Of a DNA stretch of 64,000 nucleotides, positions 40,730 through 50,806 are shown piece by piece. Origin of the DNA: an uncultured Acidobacteriota bacterium. Lineage in GTDB: Bacteria > Acidobacteriota > UBA6911 > RPQK01. The notes beneath the pieces are model-generated. The model was not told the DNA's origin, made no database searches, and saw nothing but the letters and a program-made list of their open reading frames with translations. The stretch lies in the NCBI GenBank assembly GCA_963744645.1, contig CAVUUN010000010.1:122150-186149 (forward strand). The letters are read 5' to 3'. Position 1 is the first letter of the stretch. Every line of letters starts with the position of its first letter. Made by a program: the position numbers and the translations under genes.

Positions 40730-41760
40730 ACGCGGATCTCCACGATCCGGACCGCCTCCAGATCGGCCGTTCCGAGCTTGAGCTCGACCGCGTGTTTCAG
40801 TTGTCCGGCAATCATGTCCACAGCAAAGGTTGGGTCCCGCTCCGCCATCAATCGTGCACAGTATGCATCGGTTGCCACCATATCCCCGCACAGCACTATT
40901 CGGTTTACGCCGCGGATAACCTCCCCTCCCGCTGTAAGCGTGGGGCCGCGCCTGGCAAGGATCGCCCGGGCGTCGACGATTGTGAGCTGCGGCCTGGTGG
41001 CGTCAGCGAAATGGACGAGGCGCTGATCGAGATACTGGCTACCCTCGTTCTTGTGGGTAACGATTCGATCAGCCATGCTCACCGAGCCGAAGTGCATTTT
41101 CAGGGCGCAGGTAAACTGGGCGGCGCCGTGACGTTTCACGACCGGTAAGCTGATCACAACCCCGGCTTCGTGGATCATCCTGTGGACGGCGACCGGAGAA
41201 GCGATCGACCAGGCAGGATTCCGAACCAGCTGGAACTCACCGCTATCCAGGAAATCGCGTGTTTGGACCTCGATTCCGCGGCTGGTGAGCTTCTCGATGA
41301 CTCCCAGCTTTCGCATGATCGAGTCGGGCGAGACGGCCGCGAGGAGCCTGGTGCCGTGGCTGTCGAACAGGACCGTGCGCCGAAAACCGGAATCGCGCAC
41401 CAGGGTCCCGACCGTGGAGATGAAGTCGGGGTGTGTGCTGACCGGGTAAGGCTGCGGGGCGACAAAGTTGCCACGGAAAATCGCGTCCCGGCCGAGGGTC
41501 GTGAGTTTATCCAAACCACCCAACGCTTCGATTCCGGCACGCAGCATGGCCGGGAGATCTTCTCCCTCGACCGCCACCAGCAGTGGCCGTCCTCGATGCA
41601 GGAAGGGGTTGGGAGGCACGCTTTTGCAGTCCCGGACGCGAAGGTTGCAGCCAGTGGAGGCCGAGGCGGCCAAAAGTCCGAAGGCGCCCGCGCTCATTCT
41701 GAACAGATCGCGTCTCGTGAGCGGAGTCTGGTTGTTTTCGGAGGGCAATCGCTCGCTCAT
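40726..41760 (-). CDS. Tat-signal DUF362-family protein
   Basis: 344 aa. Twin-arginine motif TRRDLFRMSAGAFGLLAASAS. The overall match to the DUF362 fold family is recalled from memory, not searched. Confidence 0.5.
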   Translation of the reverse strand: MSERLPSENNQTPLTRRDLFRMSAGAFGLLAASASTGCNLRVRDCKSVPPNPFLHRGRPLLVAVEGEDLPAMLRAGIEALGGLDKLTTLGRDAIFRGNFVAPQPYPVSTHPDFISTVGTLVRDSGFRRTVLFDSHGTRLLAAVSPDSIMRKLGVIEKLTSRGIEVQTRDFLDSGEFQLVRNPAWSIASPVAVHRMIHEAGVVISLPVVKRHGAAQFTCALKMHFGSVSMADRIVTHKNEGSQYLDQRLVHFADATRPQLTIVDARAILARRGPTLTAGGEVIRGVNRIVLCGDMVATDAYCARLMAERDPTFAVDMIAGQLKHAVELKLGTADLEAVRIVEIRV

Positions 41761-42299
41761 AGGCTCCCTCCTGCTGCCTGAGTCGCGGCCTTAGGGGCAC
41801 GATCCAGCCAGCCGCCGATCACCCGTATACCGCCGAGTGTGAAAAGCCCGAAGCCGGCCGCTCCAGCGGGCATGAACTGGGCCGCCAGGCGGCTCTCATT
41901 GAAACCAGCACCGAGAGCGAAAGCGAGGCCCGCCCCGCATACGAATCCGGCAATGCCGAACAGGGGCGAAGTCAACGCCGTGCCGATTCTTGCCCTCCGT
42001 CGAGACAGGAGAGAGGCGGCCGCGATCCCGAGGGCGAGTGCCGACGCGGGCCAGGCTGCCAGCGCGGTCACAACCCGGCCTCCGACAAGGAATGCTACGG
42101 CTGCAGCGGCTCCGGCTGCCAGCCCCGCGAAGACACCCGTTCGGACGCTTCTTGTGAGAAGCCCCATCGAGGTGCCGATCGCCGCACACGCAGCCACCGT
42201 TTGCGGAAGAAAAGAGCCGAACAAATCACCGACGGCCCACCCTACCACTCCACTCAAGAGGCCGGCGAAAGACCAAACGAGAAACGATGAACGACGCAT
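41757..42299 (-). CDS. Hypothetical polytopic membrane protein
   Basis: Start at MRRSSFLVWSFAGLLSG. The listed N-terminal extension (MRSAQRAVRSLQCAVRSLQ...) is a translation of the CTGCGCACTGC simple repeat and is not protein. About 5 Ala/Gly-rich TM helices. Confidence 0.45.
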   Translation of the reverse strand: MRRSSFLVWSFAGLLSGVVGWAVGDLFGSFLPQTVAACAAIGTSMGLLTRSVRTGVFAGLAAGAAAAVAFLVGGRVVTALAAWPASALALGIAAASLLSRRRARIGTALTSPLFGIAGFVCGAGLAFALGAGFNESRLAAQFMPAGAAGFGLFTLGGIRVIGGWLDRAPKAATQAAGGSL

Positions 42300-42315
42300 G
42301 GAAGCTCCCGGGACG

Positions 42316-42490
42316 ACTGCGCACTGCGCGCTGCGCACTGCAGACTGCGCACTGACGACTGACGACTGACCACTGACGACTAAGAACTGCAGACTGCGCA
42401 CTGCACACTGCAGACTACGCACTGCACGCTGCGCACTACGCACTGCGCACTGCCTGCTGCCACTGCCCCTGCCCGCTGCCCGCTGACCCT
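42316..42490. repeat. Simple-repeat tract (CTGCGCACTGC, GACTGACGACT, CTGCCCG units), same family as 18290-18408
   Basis: gactgcgcactgcgcgctgcgcactgcagactgcgcactgacgactgacgactgaccactgacgactaagaactgcagactgcgcactgc...ctgcccctgcccgctgcccgctgacc. It shares the strings gaactgcgcactgcgcgctgc and actgacgactgacgac with the 18.3-kb tract. Confidence 0.7.
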
Positions 42491-43783
42491 CTAGGCGTAA
42501 CCCACCGGAAGCGGAGGCGGGATCACCGGATTCTGAACGTCGACTCGCGGCAGCCGTCGAATCAAGGAAATCATCGTCATGTCGTCATGAGGCCGGTTGT
42601 CGCCGCAGTGCGCCACGACCTCCGCGATCAAGCGATCGAGCAGCTCGGATTGCAGGCCAACCGGCTCCCTGCGCAGGAAGCTCAGAAGCCGTTCTTCTCC
42701 GTATTCCTGTCCCGTAAGATCTGCCGCTTCCGGTATTCCGTCGGTATAGAGGAGCAAATGGTCGCTGGCGGCCAGAACAACGCGACCACTCTCTATGTTT
42801 ATTCCGTCCATAACCCCAAGGACCATCGAGGTGGGTGCGAGTCGTTCAACCGAAGTTGGCCTGAGGATGAAGGGCGGGTTGTGCCCGGCATTTACGTAGG
42901 TGAGCTCACCTGTCGCGGTGTTCAGCTCGCCGTAGAACAGTGTCACGAAGCTGTTTCTCGGCATGCTTGCGCACAAGTAGATGTTGAGTTTGGCGATGAG
43001 GTCGGCGCCGCGGTGGCCGGCGGTGACCAGAGTGCGAAGGCTGCCCTGAATCAGCGCCATGAGGAGCGCTGCCGGCATTCCCTTGCCGGCGACGTCTCCA
43101 ATGACGACAGCCATGCAGTCGGGCGACCCGAGCTCGATGAGATCACAGTAGTCGCCGCCGACCGTGTTGGCCGGCCGCATCTTGCAGAAGATCTCAAAGT
43201 CATGGTGGCAGTGGAGCCCGGATGCGACCAGGCCGCTCTGGATCTCCCGCGCGATCTCCAAATCCGCCTTCAGGCTCAGCTTGTCGCGGAGCTCGATAAG
43301 GAGAAGCAGGGCGAAGATCAGGATCGCGACGAGCCACCAGAAATTTCCGGCCGACGTTGTGATCGTCAGAGAGCCGCCCTCGGTGCGCGTCTGGTAGGCG
43401 ACCCGGGGAATGAATCCGAGCAGGAACGCAAAACAGGCGATGGCGAAGGCAATCCGGCGCGGCGGGCTCAACTGGTAAGCCAGGGCAATGAACACCCGGG
43501 CGGCGATGATTGGATAGCGTCGGTACCAGGGAAGCGGCCGCATCGTGGCGAAGTCGATACCCCTGAGGAAGAAATGGAAGGTCGCCTTTGGATCCCGCTT
43601 GAAAAGATCACGCAACCCTTCCCGGGTCACGTCCTTAGTGAAGAGGTCGTAGAGATTCTCGATGACCGAGGAAAGCGTTCCCTGAGCAGGGCTCGTCTTC
43701 GGGCCGTGATCGGCTGCACCTATTCGATCAGCCAATTCGTCGAGCCGGCGACGCCGGTCCTTGTTTGCAGTCGTTTCGCTCAT
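42491..43783 (-). CDS. Membrane-anchored PP2C-family (SpoIIE-like) serine phosphatase
   Basis: 430 aa. TM helices in the N-terminal half. The C-terminal half has TVGGDYCDLIEL, VIGDVAGKGMPAALLMAL and LLLYTDGIPEA motifs. Confidence 0.8.
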   Translation of the reverse strand: MSETTANKDRRRRLDELADRIGAADHGPKTSPAQGTLSSVIENLYDLFTKDVTREGLRDLFKRDPKATFHFFLRGIDFATMRPLPWYRRYPIIAARVFIALAYQLSPPRRIAFAIACFAFLLGFIPRVAYQTRTEGGSLTITTSAGNFWWLVAILIFALLLLIELRDKLSLKADLEIAREIQSGLVASGLHCHHDFEIFCKMRPANTVGGDYCDLIELGSPDCMAVVIGDVAGKGMPAALLMALIQGSLRTLVTAGHRGADLIAKLNIYLCASMPRNSFVTLFYGELNTATGELTYVNAGHNPPFILRPTSVERLAPTSMVLGVMDGINIESGRVVLAASDHLLLYTDGIPEAADLTGQEYGEERLLSFLRREPVGLQSELLDRLIAEVVAHCGDNRPHDDMTMISLIRRLPRVDVQNPVIPPPLPVGYA

Positions 43784-43907
43784 AGCAAATCATCTCTCCG
43801 AGGCAGAGACGACCGGAGTCTACAGCAAGAGCGGGAGATGTTAAAGCAAATGCAAGGGGAAGGCCGCCGGTCTGCGCCGCCGCCTGGCAAAGGGTCCGGC
43901 GGCAGAT

Positions 43908-44444
43908 TCACATCAGGCGGAAACCGTACCAGCGCAGCAGAAGGATGAGGGCGAGCAGGCCGCCCAAAACCAACCCAGCCAGGATGGCGAGAAGGATTGC
44001 TGCCCATGCCCAGTCGGTCCAGGAAGGAGCTCGTTGGCCTGAAGCGTACTTCTTAATGAGATTCAGGTTCTTCTGGTTGGCCTTAAAGCCGAAATCGAAA
44101 AGATCCCCAATGACGGGCACGCTGCCCAGGACGTAATCCAGCCCAACGTTGAAGACCATCCGCGCAACCACGATCTTCGGCAACCCGTAACGAATTGAAC
44201 GCCAGATCATGTACCCGGAAAGCACGTTCGAGATGGCATCTCCGGCCCCCGGGAACAGAAAACCAATGACCGGGTCCAGCCCAAAGCGGATCTGGGTGCC
44301 TGGAATCCGGAAGAACTGATCCAGGTAGTATGTGAGCCCGTCCAGGACCGGGTCGAAAGGTCTCGTCCCCGTCCCCGTCCCGGTTTGGTCCGTCGATGGC
44401 ATCACCTCGACGTTTCTCGGCTGTCGTGGGAAACGTTGGCGCAT
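43908..44444 (-). CDS. DUF4112-family membrane protein
   Basis: 178 aa. LDPVIGFLFPGAGDAISNVLSGYMIW and VPVIGDLFDFGFKANQKNLNL match the DUF4112 signature as I recall it. Confidence 0.55.
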   Translation of the reverse strand: MRQRFPRQPRNVEVMPSTDQTGTGTGTRPFDPVLDGLTYYLDQFFRIPGTQIRFGLDPVIGFLFPGAGDAISNVLSGYMIWRSIRYGLPKIVVARMVFNVGLDYVLGSVPVIGDLFDFGFKANQKNLNLIKKYASGQRAPSWTDWAWAAILLAILAGLVLGGLLALILLLRWYGFRLM

Positions 44445-44479
44445 GATTCCATTATTTCAGAATCTTGCGCGATCTTGGT

Positions 44480-46408
44480 CTAGCGTTTAACGATGAGCAG
44501 CCAGTCCTCGTTCGCTTCGACCGGCGGTTCCGGCAGTTGGATCTTTGCGCCGCCCCGGACCGAGCGTACCGAACCCTCGATGGGAGGACCGCCGGTGCGG
44601 GGATTGAACCATCGGACGCCGAAAGACCCGGCCACGCCCGTCAGGTCGAGCTCGCTCGGTCCTCCTGCGGGGAGATACACGAGGTACAGCTGTCCGGGCT
44701 TCGCAAGACAAAAGCGCGAGTTGTCGTTTCCCGGGTTGCCGACCAGGGCATCTGCGCTGGACATCTCGGCGACCGGAATCCGGTTCTCAGAAAAAAACTG
44801 AAGCGCAATCCGGCAGTAGTCCCAGGATTTGTCCCGGCTTCTCCAGTCCTCGCACACCAGGTCATTCTGCGGCAACTGGTAGCCAAAATAGTATTCGACA
44901 CCCGCGCCTCCCGCCATCAGATTGCCCCAGAGGCAGAGCTTCCGCACGTCGTTCAATGTGTACTTCTTCCCGTTCTCCTCCCCTTCGCCGCTATGGCTTT
45001 GGTATCCAGGATCGGGAGGAACCCCCATGCTGGCCGGATTCTGCTCGTCGTTGGCCACGACCCACGGCTTGCCGGCTTTTTCGGATTCGAGCAACCAGCG
45101 CAGGGTTCGCTGATGGGCATTGCTCCACGAGTTCTGGAGCGAGGCTCCGGTCAGCAGGGATTGGTCGCCGAGCAAGGGCGGATACACCTTGTCCTGCCTG
45201 TCCGGGAAGGTGTGAATGACGATGTGGTGCTTGTAAGGATCAGTAGCATTCAGATAGCGGGCCATGTCCCGGATTTCTTCGGGGGACTGGGTGTTCTCTT
45301 CGCCGATGTTCCAGTTCAAGGCCAGGTTGTGGGCAAAACGGGCGATCAGCTCGCGGCAGTACAGTCTCCGCTCGGGGCCCAGCTTCCCGCCATCCAGCGA
45401 CTCGGGAATCGTTGCTGTTTCCTCGGTGTGTCCGCGCCGGTTATCGTCGATCTCGTTCTCCTGCATTTTGAAGTGAAGATAGAGTCCACGGGCGGTTGCG
45501 TGGTCGAAAACGATGCCCCACTGATCGAGTTTGGAACAGTCGTAGTGGAGCTTGTCGCTGCGCGACGCGAAGGGCCAGACGTTATCGCCGTCTCCGCCCA
45601 CGTTGTAGGTTAGGAAGGAAAAGGAGTCCAACCCTTTGCCGGCCAAATAGTTCAAGGCACCGACAAGGCCTTTGCCTTTCCCGTTCTTCCAGGTGGGATC
45701 ACCGGGCGCCCAGTCCCGGATGTGTGGCTGGTACTGGTGGAGAATCTGCACGGGGCTCGCCTCACCCTGGCGGGCTTCCCGGCCGCGCCCGGGCTCGGTT
45801 CCATCGAAGTCCGCATAAGCGAGCAGAGTTTCCGGGGCGTCCGGCCCCGCTTTCAGGAAGTACTCGCCGGTACCGGCGAACTGGAGGTAGTGCTTGCCCA
45901 CGTAACGCAGTCGTCCCTTGGACCGAAAGTCACGCCCTTTCTTGTCCGTCGGGGCGATCCTGAATCTGCCCGATTGCCCGTCGAAGGGGGCCACCTTCTC
46001 TCCCCGGACCGCCGGATCAGTCGCCGCTTGCTTGCCCTTCACGAACGAGACTCTGTACGTCCATGTGCCCGGCTTGTCGGGCGAAAGGTGGGCTCGCCAC
46101 TTAGTGCCCGATTGGGCCGATGTCTGGGCCGCATTTCCGTCGGCGGCAAAGTACCCGGGCACCGAGTAGACGGGTGAGCCGGATTCGTGAGCGAAGCTGA
46201 CGGTGAGGCAGTAATCGGTGAACGGGTTCGGCTCGTCGTCGCGCTCGTCGGCGAAAGGTCCGTCAAGCGTCAGGGTGACCTTGTGCCACTGCCTGAGCTC
46301 GCCCGAAATCTCCACCTTCCCGGTTCCATCCGGGTGGCGGGTCTGGGAGAAAGAGCGATGTCGAGGCAGGCAGAATAGGATCACGAGAGAGAGGAGAGTC
46401 GTTTTCAT
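44480..46408 (-). CDS. Secreted DUF5060/DUF4038-type putative glycoside hydrolase
   Basis: Start at MKTTLLSLVILFCLP (signal peptide), internal to ORF 44480..46516. The N-terminal beta-sandwich (GTWTYRVSFVKGKQ) is followed by a TIM-barrel-like region with NEQNP (DEQNP here). Confidence 0.6.
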   Translation of the reverse strand: MKTTLLSLVILFCLPRHRSFSQTRHPDGTGKVEISGELRQWHKVTLTLDGPFADERDDEPNPFTDYCLTVSFAHESGSPVYSVPGYFAADGNAAQTSAQSGTKWRAHLSPDKPGTWTYRVSFVKGKQAATDPAVRGEKVAPFDGQSGRFRIAPTDKKGRDFRSKGRLRYVGKHYLQFAGTGEYFLKAGPDAPETLLAYADFDGTEPGRGREARQGEASPVQILHQYQPHIRDWAPGDPTWKNGKGKGLVGALNYLAGKGLDSFSFLTYNVGGDGDNVWPFASRSDKLHYDCSKLDQWGIVFDHATARGLYLHFKMQENEIDDNRRGHTEETATIPESLDGGKLGPERRLYCRELIARFAHNLALNWNIGEENTQSPEEIRDMARYLNATDPYKHHIVIHTFPDRQDKVYPPLLGDQSLLTGASLQNSWSNAHQRTLRWLLESEKAGKPWVVANDEQNPASMGVPPDPGYQSHSGEGEENGKKYTLNDVRKLCLWGNLMAGGAGVEYYFGYQLPQNDLVCEDWRSRDKSWDYCRIALQFFSENRIPVAEMSSADALVGNPGNDNSRFCLAKPGQLYLVYLPAGGPSELDLTGVAGSFGVRWFNPRTGGPPIEGSVRSVRGGAKIQLPEPPVEANEDWLLIVKR

Positions 46409-46487
46409 CCCGCCCAATGTAATCGCGTGGCGAGATCGAGGCAAGAAGAGAACAGCGGGAGAGGCGGCTGGAGACGCGGCCAATTGC

Positions 46488-46640
46488 TTACGGTGAGAAT
46501 CCGCGCACTCTCGCAAAAAACGCTCCGTTTGCGGTTCTGTTCACCTCGACGACCCTTTGCAGACAAGCGCGGGCGTCGAACAGGAAGAACCGCAAACGGA
46601 GCGCTTTTTCAGCGAAGTGCGCGGATTCTCACCGTAAGCA
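46488..46640. repeat. ~150-bp near-perfect palindrome (two nested ~22- and ~32-bp stem pairs)
   Basis: ttacggtgagaatccgcgcac (46489-) is the exact reverse complement of gtgcgcggattctcaccgtaa (-46638). The inner pair is cgcaaaaaacgctccgtttgcggttctgttc / gaacaggaagaaccgcaaacggagcgctttttc. Confidence 0.75.
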
Positions 46641-46673
46641 ATCACGTTGGAGTCAGATGATTGTGACTGTCTG

Positions 46674-47228
46674 CTAGAACGTCAGCAGTATTCCCCCGCT
46701 GACCTCCATCAGATTGAAGTTCTGGCGGTTCAAGTCGGGCGGCAAAGCAAATACTTCGATTCCGTCCGGAATCGCGTAGTAACGGACATCGAAGCGGACA
46801 CCCACAGGACCCGCGATGTTCCTGATCTTCAAGCCGCCTCCGGCATTCCAGGTCCAGGCGCTGCGAATCTTGAAGCTGGTGTCAGTTTGACCGATGATGC
46901 TGCCGAAGCCGACGGTTCCAAACGGAACAAACCCGCCCACGGGGAGCTGGACCAGGAAGTTGCCGTTCAGAAGATGGATGTTCTCGTCGAAGGTTCCCAA
47001 CCGGTCCTGCAGTCCGGCCGCGGCCGTATAGCTGAATTCGGTCCCCAGGACCGCCAGAAACGAATGGCCGACCCTGAAACCCATCGCTACGCCCCGATCG
47101 AAGTCCGCCTGGTTCAGTTCCGTGCCAGGGTCATAGACGCCGAGGAAGCCCTCTATCTCGGTTTGAGCGAGGGCGTTTGAGCAAATCGCGACACAGGTTA
47201 GCAGTAACACGAGGCCAAAACGGTTCAT
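46674..47228 (-). CDS. Outer-membrane beta-barrel protein (OmpW/OmpA-like small barrel)
   Basis: 184 aa. Signal peptide LVLLLTCVAICSNALA. Alternating hydrophobic beta-strand pattern. C-terminal aromatic residue (…GGILLTF). Confidence 0.65.
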   Translation of the reverse strand: MNRFGLVLLLTCVAICSNALAQTEIEGFLGVYDPGTELNQADFDRGVAMGFRVGHSFLAVLGTEFSYTAAAGLQDRLGTFDENIHLLNGNFLVQLPVGGFVPFGTVGFGSIIGQTDTSFKIRSAWTWNAGGGLKIRNIAGPVGVRFDVRYYAIPDGIEVFALPPDLNRQNFNLMEVSGGILLTF

Positions 47229-47364
47229 GAGTCATTCCTCCACAATGTGCGGCGCTTTCTTCAATGATATCAAAGACTTCGGCCCGGTTCGGAGTGGGAA
47301 TCTTCGGAATCCGGCCAATCTTTGCGCTTTTTCCGAGGAGGCGGGCCAGCATACTATTCCTTCA

Positions 47365-48718
47365 ATGAAGCTCAACCGCCAGGTCCTTGGGAACACGATC
47401 ATTGCGGCTCTCGGCGGCCTCCTGTTCGGATTCGACACGGCCGTCATCTCGGGCACGACGGAGGCTCTTCAGCAGGTCTACCGACTGAGCAGCTTCGGGC
47501 TCGGTTTCACCGTCGCCAGTGCGCTGATCGGAACGATCGTCGGAGCAATCGCCGCGGGCCGTCCGGCCGATCGCTTCGGCCGCCGCAAGACCTTGTTTGC
47601 CATTGCGATCCTTTACTTCGTCTCGGCGGTCGGAACCGCGCTCGCATGGGATTGGTCCTCTTTCCTCTTCTTTCGCTTCATCGGGGGGATCGGTGTGGGG
47701 GGCGCTTCGGTCGTTTCCCCGATGTACATCGCCGAGATTTCTCCTGCTTACTACCGTGGCCGAATGGTCGCGATAACGCAGTTCAACATCGTTCTCGGAA
47801 TACTCCTGGCCTTCTTTCTCCAACTACCTGATCGTCCAGCTGGACGTCGGCCCGACGGCGTGGCGATGGATGTTCGGCGTGGAGGCTTTCCCGGCGGCCG
47901 CGTTCTTCTTTCTCTTGTTCCTCACTCCGGGCAGCCCCAGGTGGCTTGTCTCCCAGGGGCGAGTGGAGGCAGCACGGGCAGTGCTGTCCCGCCTCGGTAC
48001 CGACACGGGGAGCGTTGAGACGGAGATACGCGAAATCCAGGCTTCGATGGATCTGGAGCACCACACTCTGACCGAGCCCTTCTACCAACGGAAATACCTG
48101 ACCCCGATTCTGCTCGCCGTCGCGATCGCAATGTTCAACCAGCTCTCGGGCATCAACGCATTGATGTACTACGCCCCGTACATCTTTAAAATGGCCGGCG
48201 CCGGTCAGCATTCGGCACTGCTGCAGACGGTTGCCATCGGCGGCACGAACCTTCTTTTCACCATGGCCGCGCTGCTGGTCATCGATCATTTCGGGCGACG
48301 GAAACTCATGCTCGTCGGCTCGATCGGCTACATCCTGAGCCTCGGCACCACGGCCTGGGCCTTCTACACTTTCGGGACGAATTTCGACGCGACCGGCGGG
48401 ACAATCGTCCTGATCAGTCTGCTGGTGTTCATCGCCTCGCACGCCTTTGGCCAGGGAGCGGTGATCTGGGTTTTTATCAGCGAGATCTTCCCCAATCGGG
48501 TGCGCGCGCGCGGGCAGGCGCTCGGGAGCTTCACGCACTGGGTCATGGCCGCCGCGATCTCCTGGACATTCCCCATGATCGCCGGATGGTCGGGTGGGCA
48601 CACGTTCGCATTCTATGCCGCGATGATGGTGCTCCAGCTTCTTTGGGTGCTGTTTGTCATGCCGGAGACGAAGGGCGTCCCCTTGGAACAGATCCAGAAG
48701 AAACTGGGGATCGAATGA
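47365..48718 (+). CDS. MFS sugar porter (xylose/arabinose-H+ symporter-like), one 1-bp frame break near 47818
   Basis: The start is MKLNRQVLG. GFDTAVISG, GRRKTLF and PESPRWL-like (PGSPRWLV) motifs are present. ORFs 47227..48018 and 47870..48718 join as ...LAFF(S)NYLIVQLDVGPTAWRWMFGVEAFPAA.... Confidence 0.85.
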
Positions 48719-48745
48719 GGACGGTTTTGGCGCGAGTTTCGCGGG

Positions 48746-48942
48746 AGGTTCGGGGGGAGCGTTCGGGGAGTTTGGGGGAGTTTCGGGGAGTTCGGGGAGT
48801 TTCGGGGACACAAAACTTAATTCCTTTGCTTACGGGGAGCCCGCGGTAAGCGGGATGGGAATTAAGTATTATGTCCCCGAAACTGCCACGGGGAGGCCGC
48901 GGTAACGGGATGGGAATTAAGTATTATGTCCCCGAAACTGCC
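48746..48942. repeat. Dispersed palindromic element, copy C (a full copy plus a partial second copy), preceded by about 6 degenerate tandem copies of its first 10 nt (gagtttcgggga)
   Basis: gtttcggggacacaaaacttaattcc tttgcttacggggagcccgcggtaagcgggat gggaattaagtattatgtccccgaaactgcc is then followed by ...ccgcggtaacgggatgggaattaagtattatgtccccgaaactgcc. It lies directly upstream of the ggt start. Confidence 0.7.
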
Positions 48943-48957
48943 GGAGCTCGAAACATC

Positions 48958-50650
48958 ATGAAATGCAGAATGGCGATTGGACTTTGTGCGGCCCTGTTCC
49001 TGGCCGTTTCCCCGCTTTTGGCGGCGACCCAACCGGTGCGGGCGCGGCGCGGAATGGTGGTTTCGCAGAACGAGATCGCTTCACGGGTCGGCGCGAAGGT
49101 CCTCCAAGAGGGTGGGAATGCCGTGGATGCGGCGGTTGCGACCGCCTTTGCATTGGCGGTCACCCATCCGACGGCTGGAAATATAGGCGGCGGGGGTTTT
49201 CTGCTGTTCAGGCCCGCGCAGGGTGAACCGGCTGCTTTCGATTTCCGGGAGACGGCGCCGAAAGCGGCCACCGCTCGCATGTTTCTGCGCAACGGGCAAT
49301 ACGACGCCGCTTTGCACCACGACAGCTATTTGTCGATTGGGGTTCCGGGGACCGTCGCCGGTTTGCACCTCGCGTGGAGCCGGAAGGGACGATTGCCGTG
49401 GAAGCGTCTTCTGGCTCCCGCAATCGATCTCGCCAACAACGGGTTCACAGTCTCGCCCGGGCTCAGCCGGTCCCTCAGGTCGGTACTCCCCGAGATGAGG
49501 AAATATCCGGCTTCCTTCCGGCAGTTTTCCCGGGACGGCGTGCCGTACGAACCTGGGGACACTCTTCGTCAGCCGGACCTCGCCCGGACGCTGCAAAGGA
49601 TTGCCGAGAAAGGTCCGGCGGGATTCTACGAGGGCGAGACGGCCAGCTTGATCGTCAAGGAAATGGCGGCTGGGGGCGGGTTGATTACGGCCGATGATCT
49701 GAAGGCGTACAGGGCGGTAGAAAGGACTGCGTTGCGAGGCAGTTACCGGGGGACGGAAGTCATTGCGATGCCGCCCCCGACTTCGGGCGGAACCGTCTTG
49801 ATCGAGATGCTGAATGTGCTCGAGGGGTACGATCTCGGCGAGCTCGGGTTTGGGTCGGCGGCTAGCCTGCATCTGATGGCGGAAAGCATGCGCAGGGCTT
49901 ACGCCGATCGGGCTCAATACCTCGGAGACCCGGACTTCAACCGAGAGATGCCCCTCCCGAAGCTCGTTTCAAAGGAGTACGCGGCCGCGCTGCGCAGGAC
50001 GATAAACAGGAACGCAGCCTCGCGCTCCACCCCCGCTTGCTCGGGAATGGCCTTCGGACGAGAGCGAGGAAACAACCCATCTGTCCGTCGTCGATCGTGA
50101 CCGCTCGGCGGTGGCTCTGACCTTCACGCTGGAGGGCGGATACGGGTCGCGAATTGTGGTTCCGGGTGCCGGTTTCCTGCTGAATAACGAGATGGGGGAC
50201 TTCAACGCGGGCCCGGGTCTCACCGATGAGACGGGTCTCGTCGGGACTCCGCCCAATCTCGCCGCGCCAGGCAAGCGAATGCTCTCGAGCATGACGCCGA
50301 CGATCCTCGCCCGGGACGGCAAGGTCCTCATGGTAACCGGGAGTCCGGGAGGCCGCACGATCATCAACACCGTGCTGCAGACGATCGTGAACGTCGTCGA
50401 CTTCGGCATGAACGTGCAGGAGGCGGTCGATGCTCCCCGCATTCACCATCAGTGGCTCCCGGATCGGATTTCCTTCGAACGCAACGGGGTCTCACCGGAT
50501 ACCCTTTCGATTCTCAAATCCCTCGGACACAGTCTGATCCCGGTTCGTTCTCAAGGGGTGGTTCAGGCAATCGTCTACGACGCCGAGGCAGACCTCCTGG
50601 AGGCCGGCTGCGACCGGCGTGACCCGGATGGTGGAGCGGCAGGCTGGTAG
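48958..50650 (+). CDS. ggt: Gamma-glutamyltranspeptidase, one 1-bp frame break at a C5 run near 50038
   Basis: Start at MKCRMAIGLCAALFLAVSPLLAA (signal peptide). GGT signature blocks include PTAGNIGGGGF and the autoprocessing region TTHLSVVDRDRSAVALTFTLEGGYGSRIVVPGAGFLLNNEMGDF. Removing one C gives ...NRNAASRSTPLAREWPSDESEETTHLSVVD..., colinear with E. coli GGT as I recall it. Confidence 0.85.
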
Positions 50651-50806
50651 CGCTTCCGAGGCGTGCGGCCGGGTTTTTGCAGTCCTCGAAGATAAGGAAT
50701 ACGCTAGTAGCCGGGTGGGGACTAGCAGGGTCTTCATGAATGATCAGGGGACGGTGTCAACCGACCACAGGACTGCATCTACCTGGAACAAGTCAGACGC
50801 CTTTAC

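Noticed and set aside
42587-43948. ORF 42587..43948(+) 453 aa, antisense to the SpoIIE-like phosphatase
   Set aside because: Mirror-strand artefact of a gene with clear PP2C motifs.
44465-45613. ORF 44465..45613(+) 382 aa, antisense to the DUF5060 gene
   Set aside because: Mirror-strand artefact.
47783-48811. ORF 47783..48811(-) 342 aa, antisense to the MFS transporter
   Set aside because: Mirror-strand artefact. The sense strand shows canonical sugar-porter motifs.
48746-48942. A CRISPR array suggested by the closely spaced repeats gggaattaagtattatgtccccgaaactgcc x2 and the gagtttcgggga reiterations
   Set aside because: There are only two copies, the interior is palindromic rather than unique, there are no cas genes, and the unit is part of a larger dispersed palindromic element.
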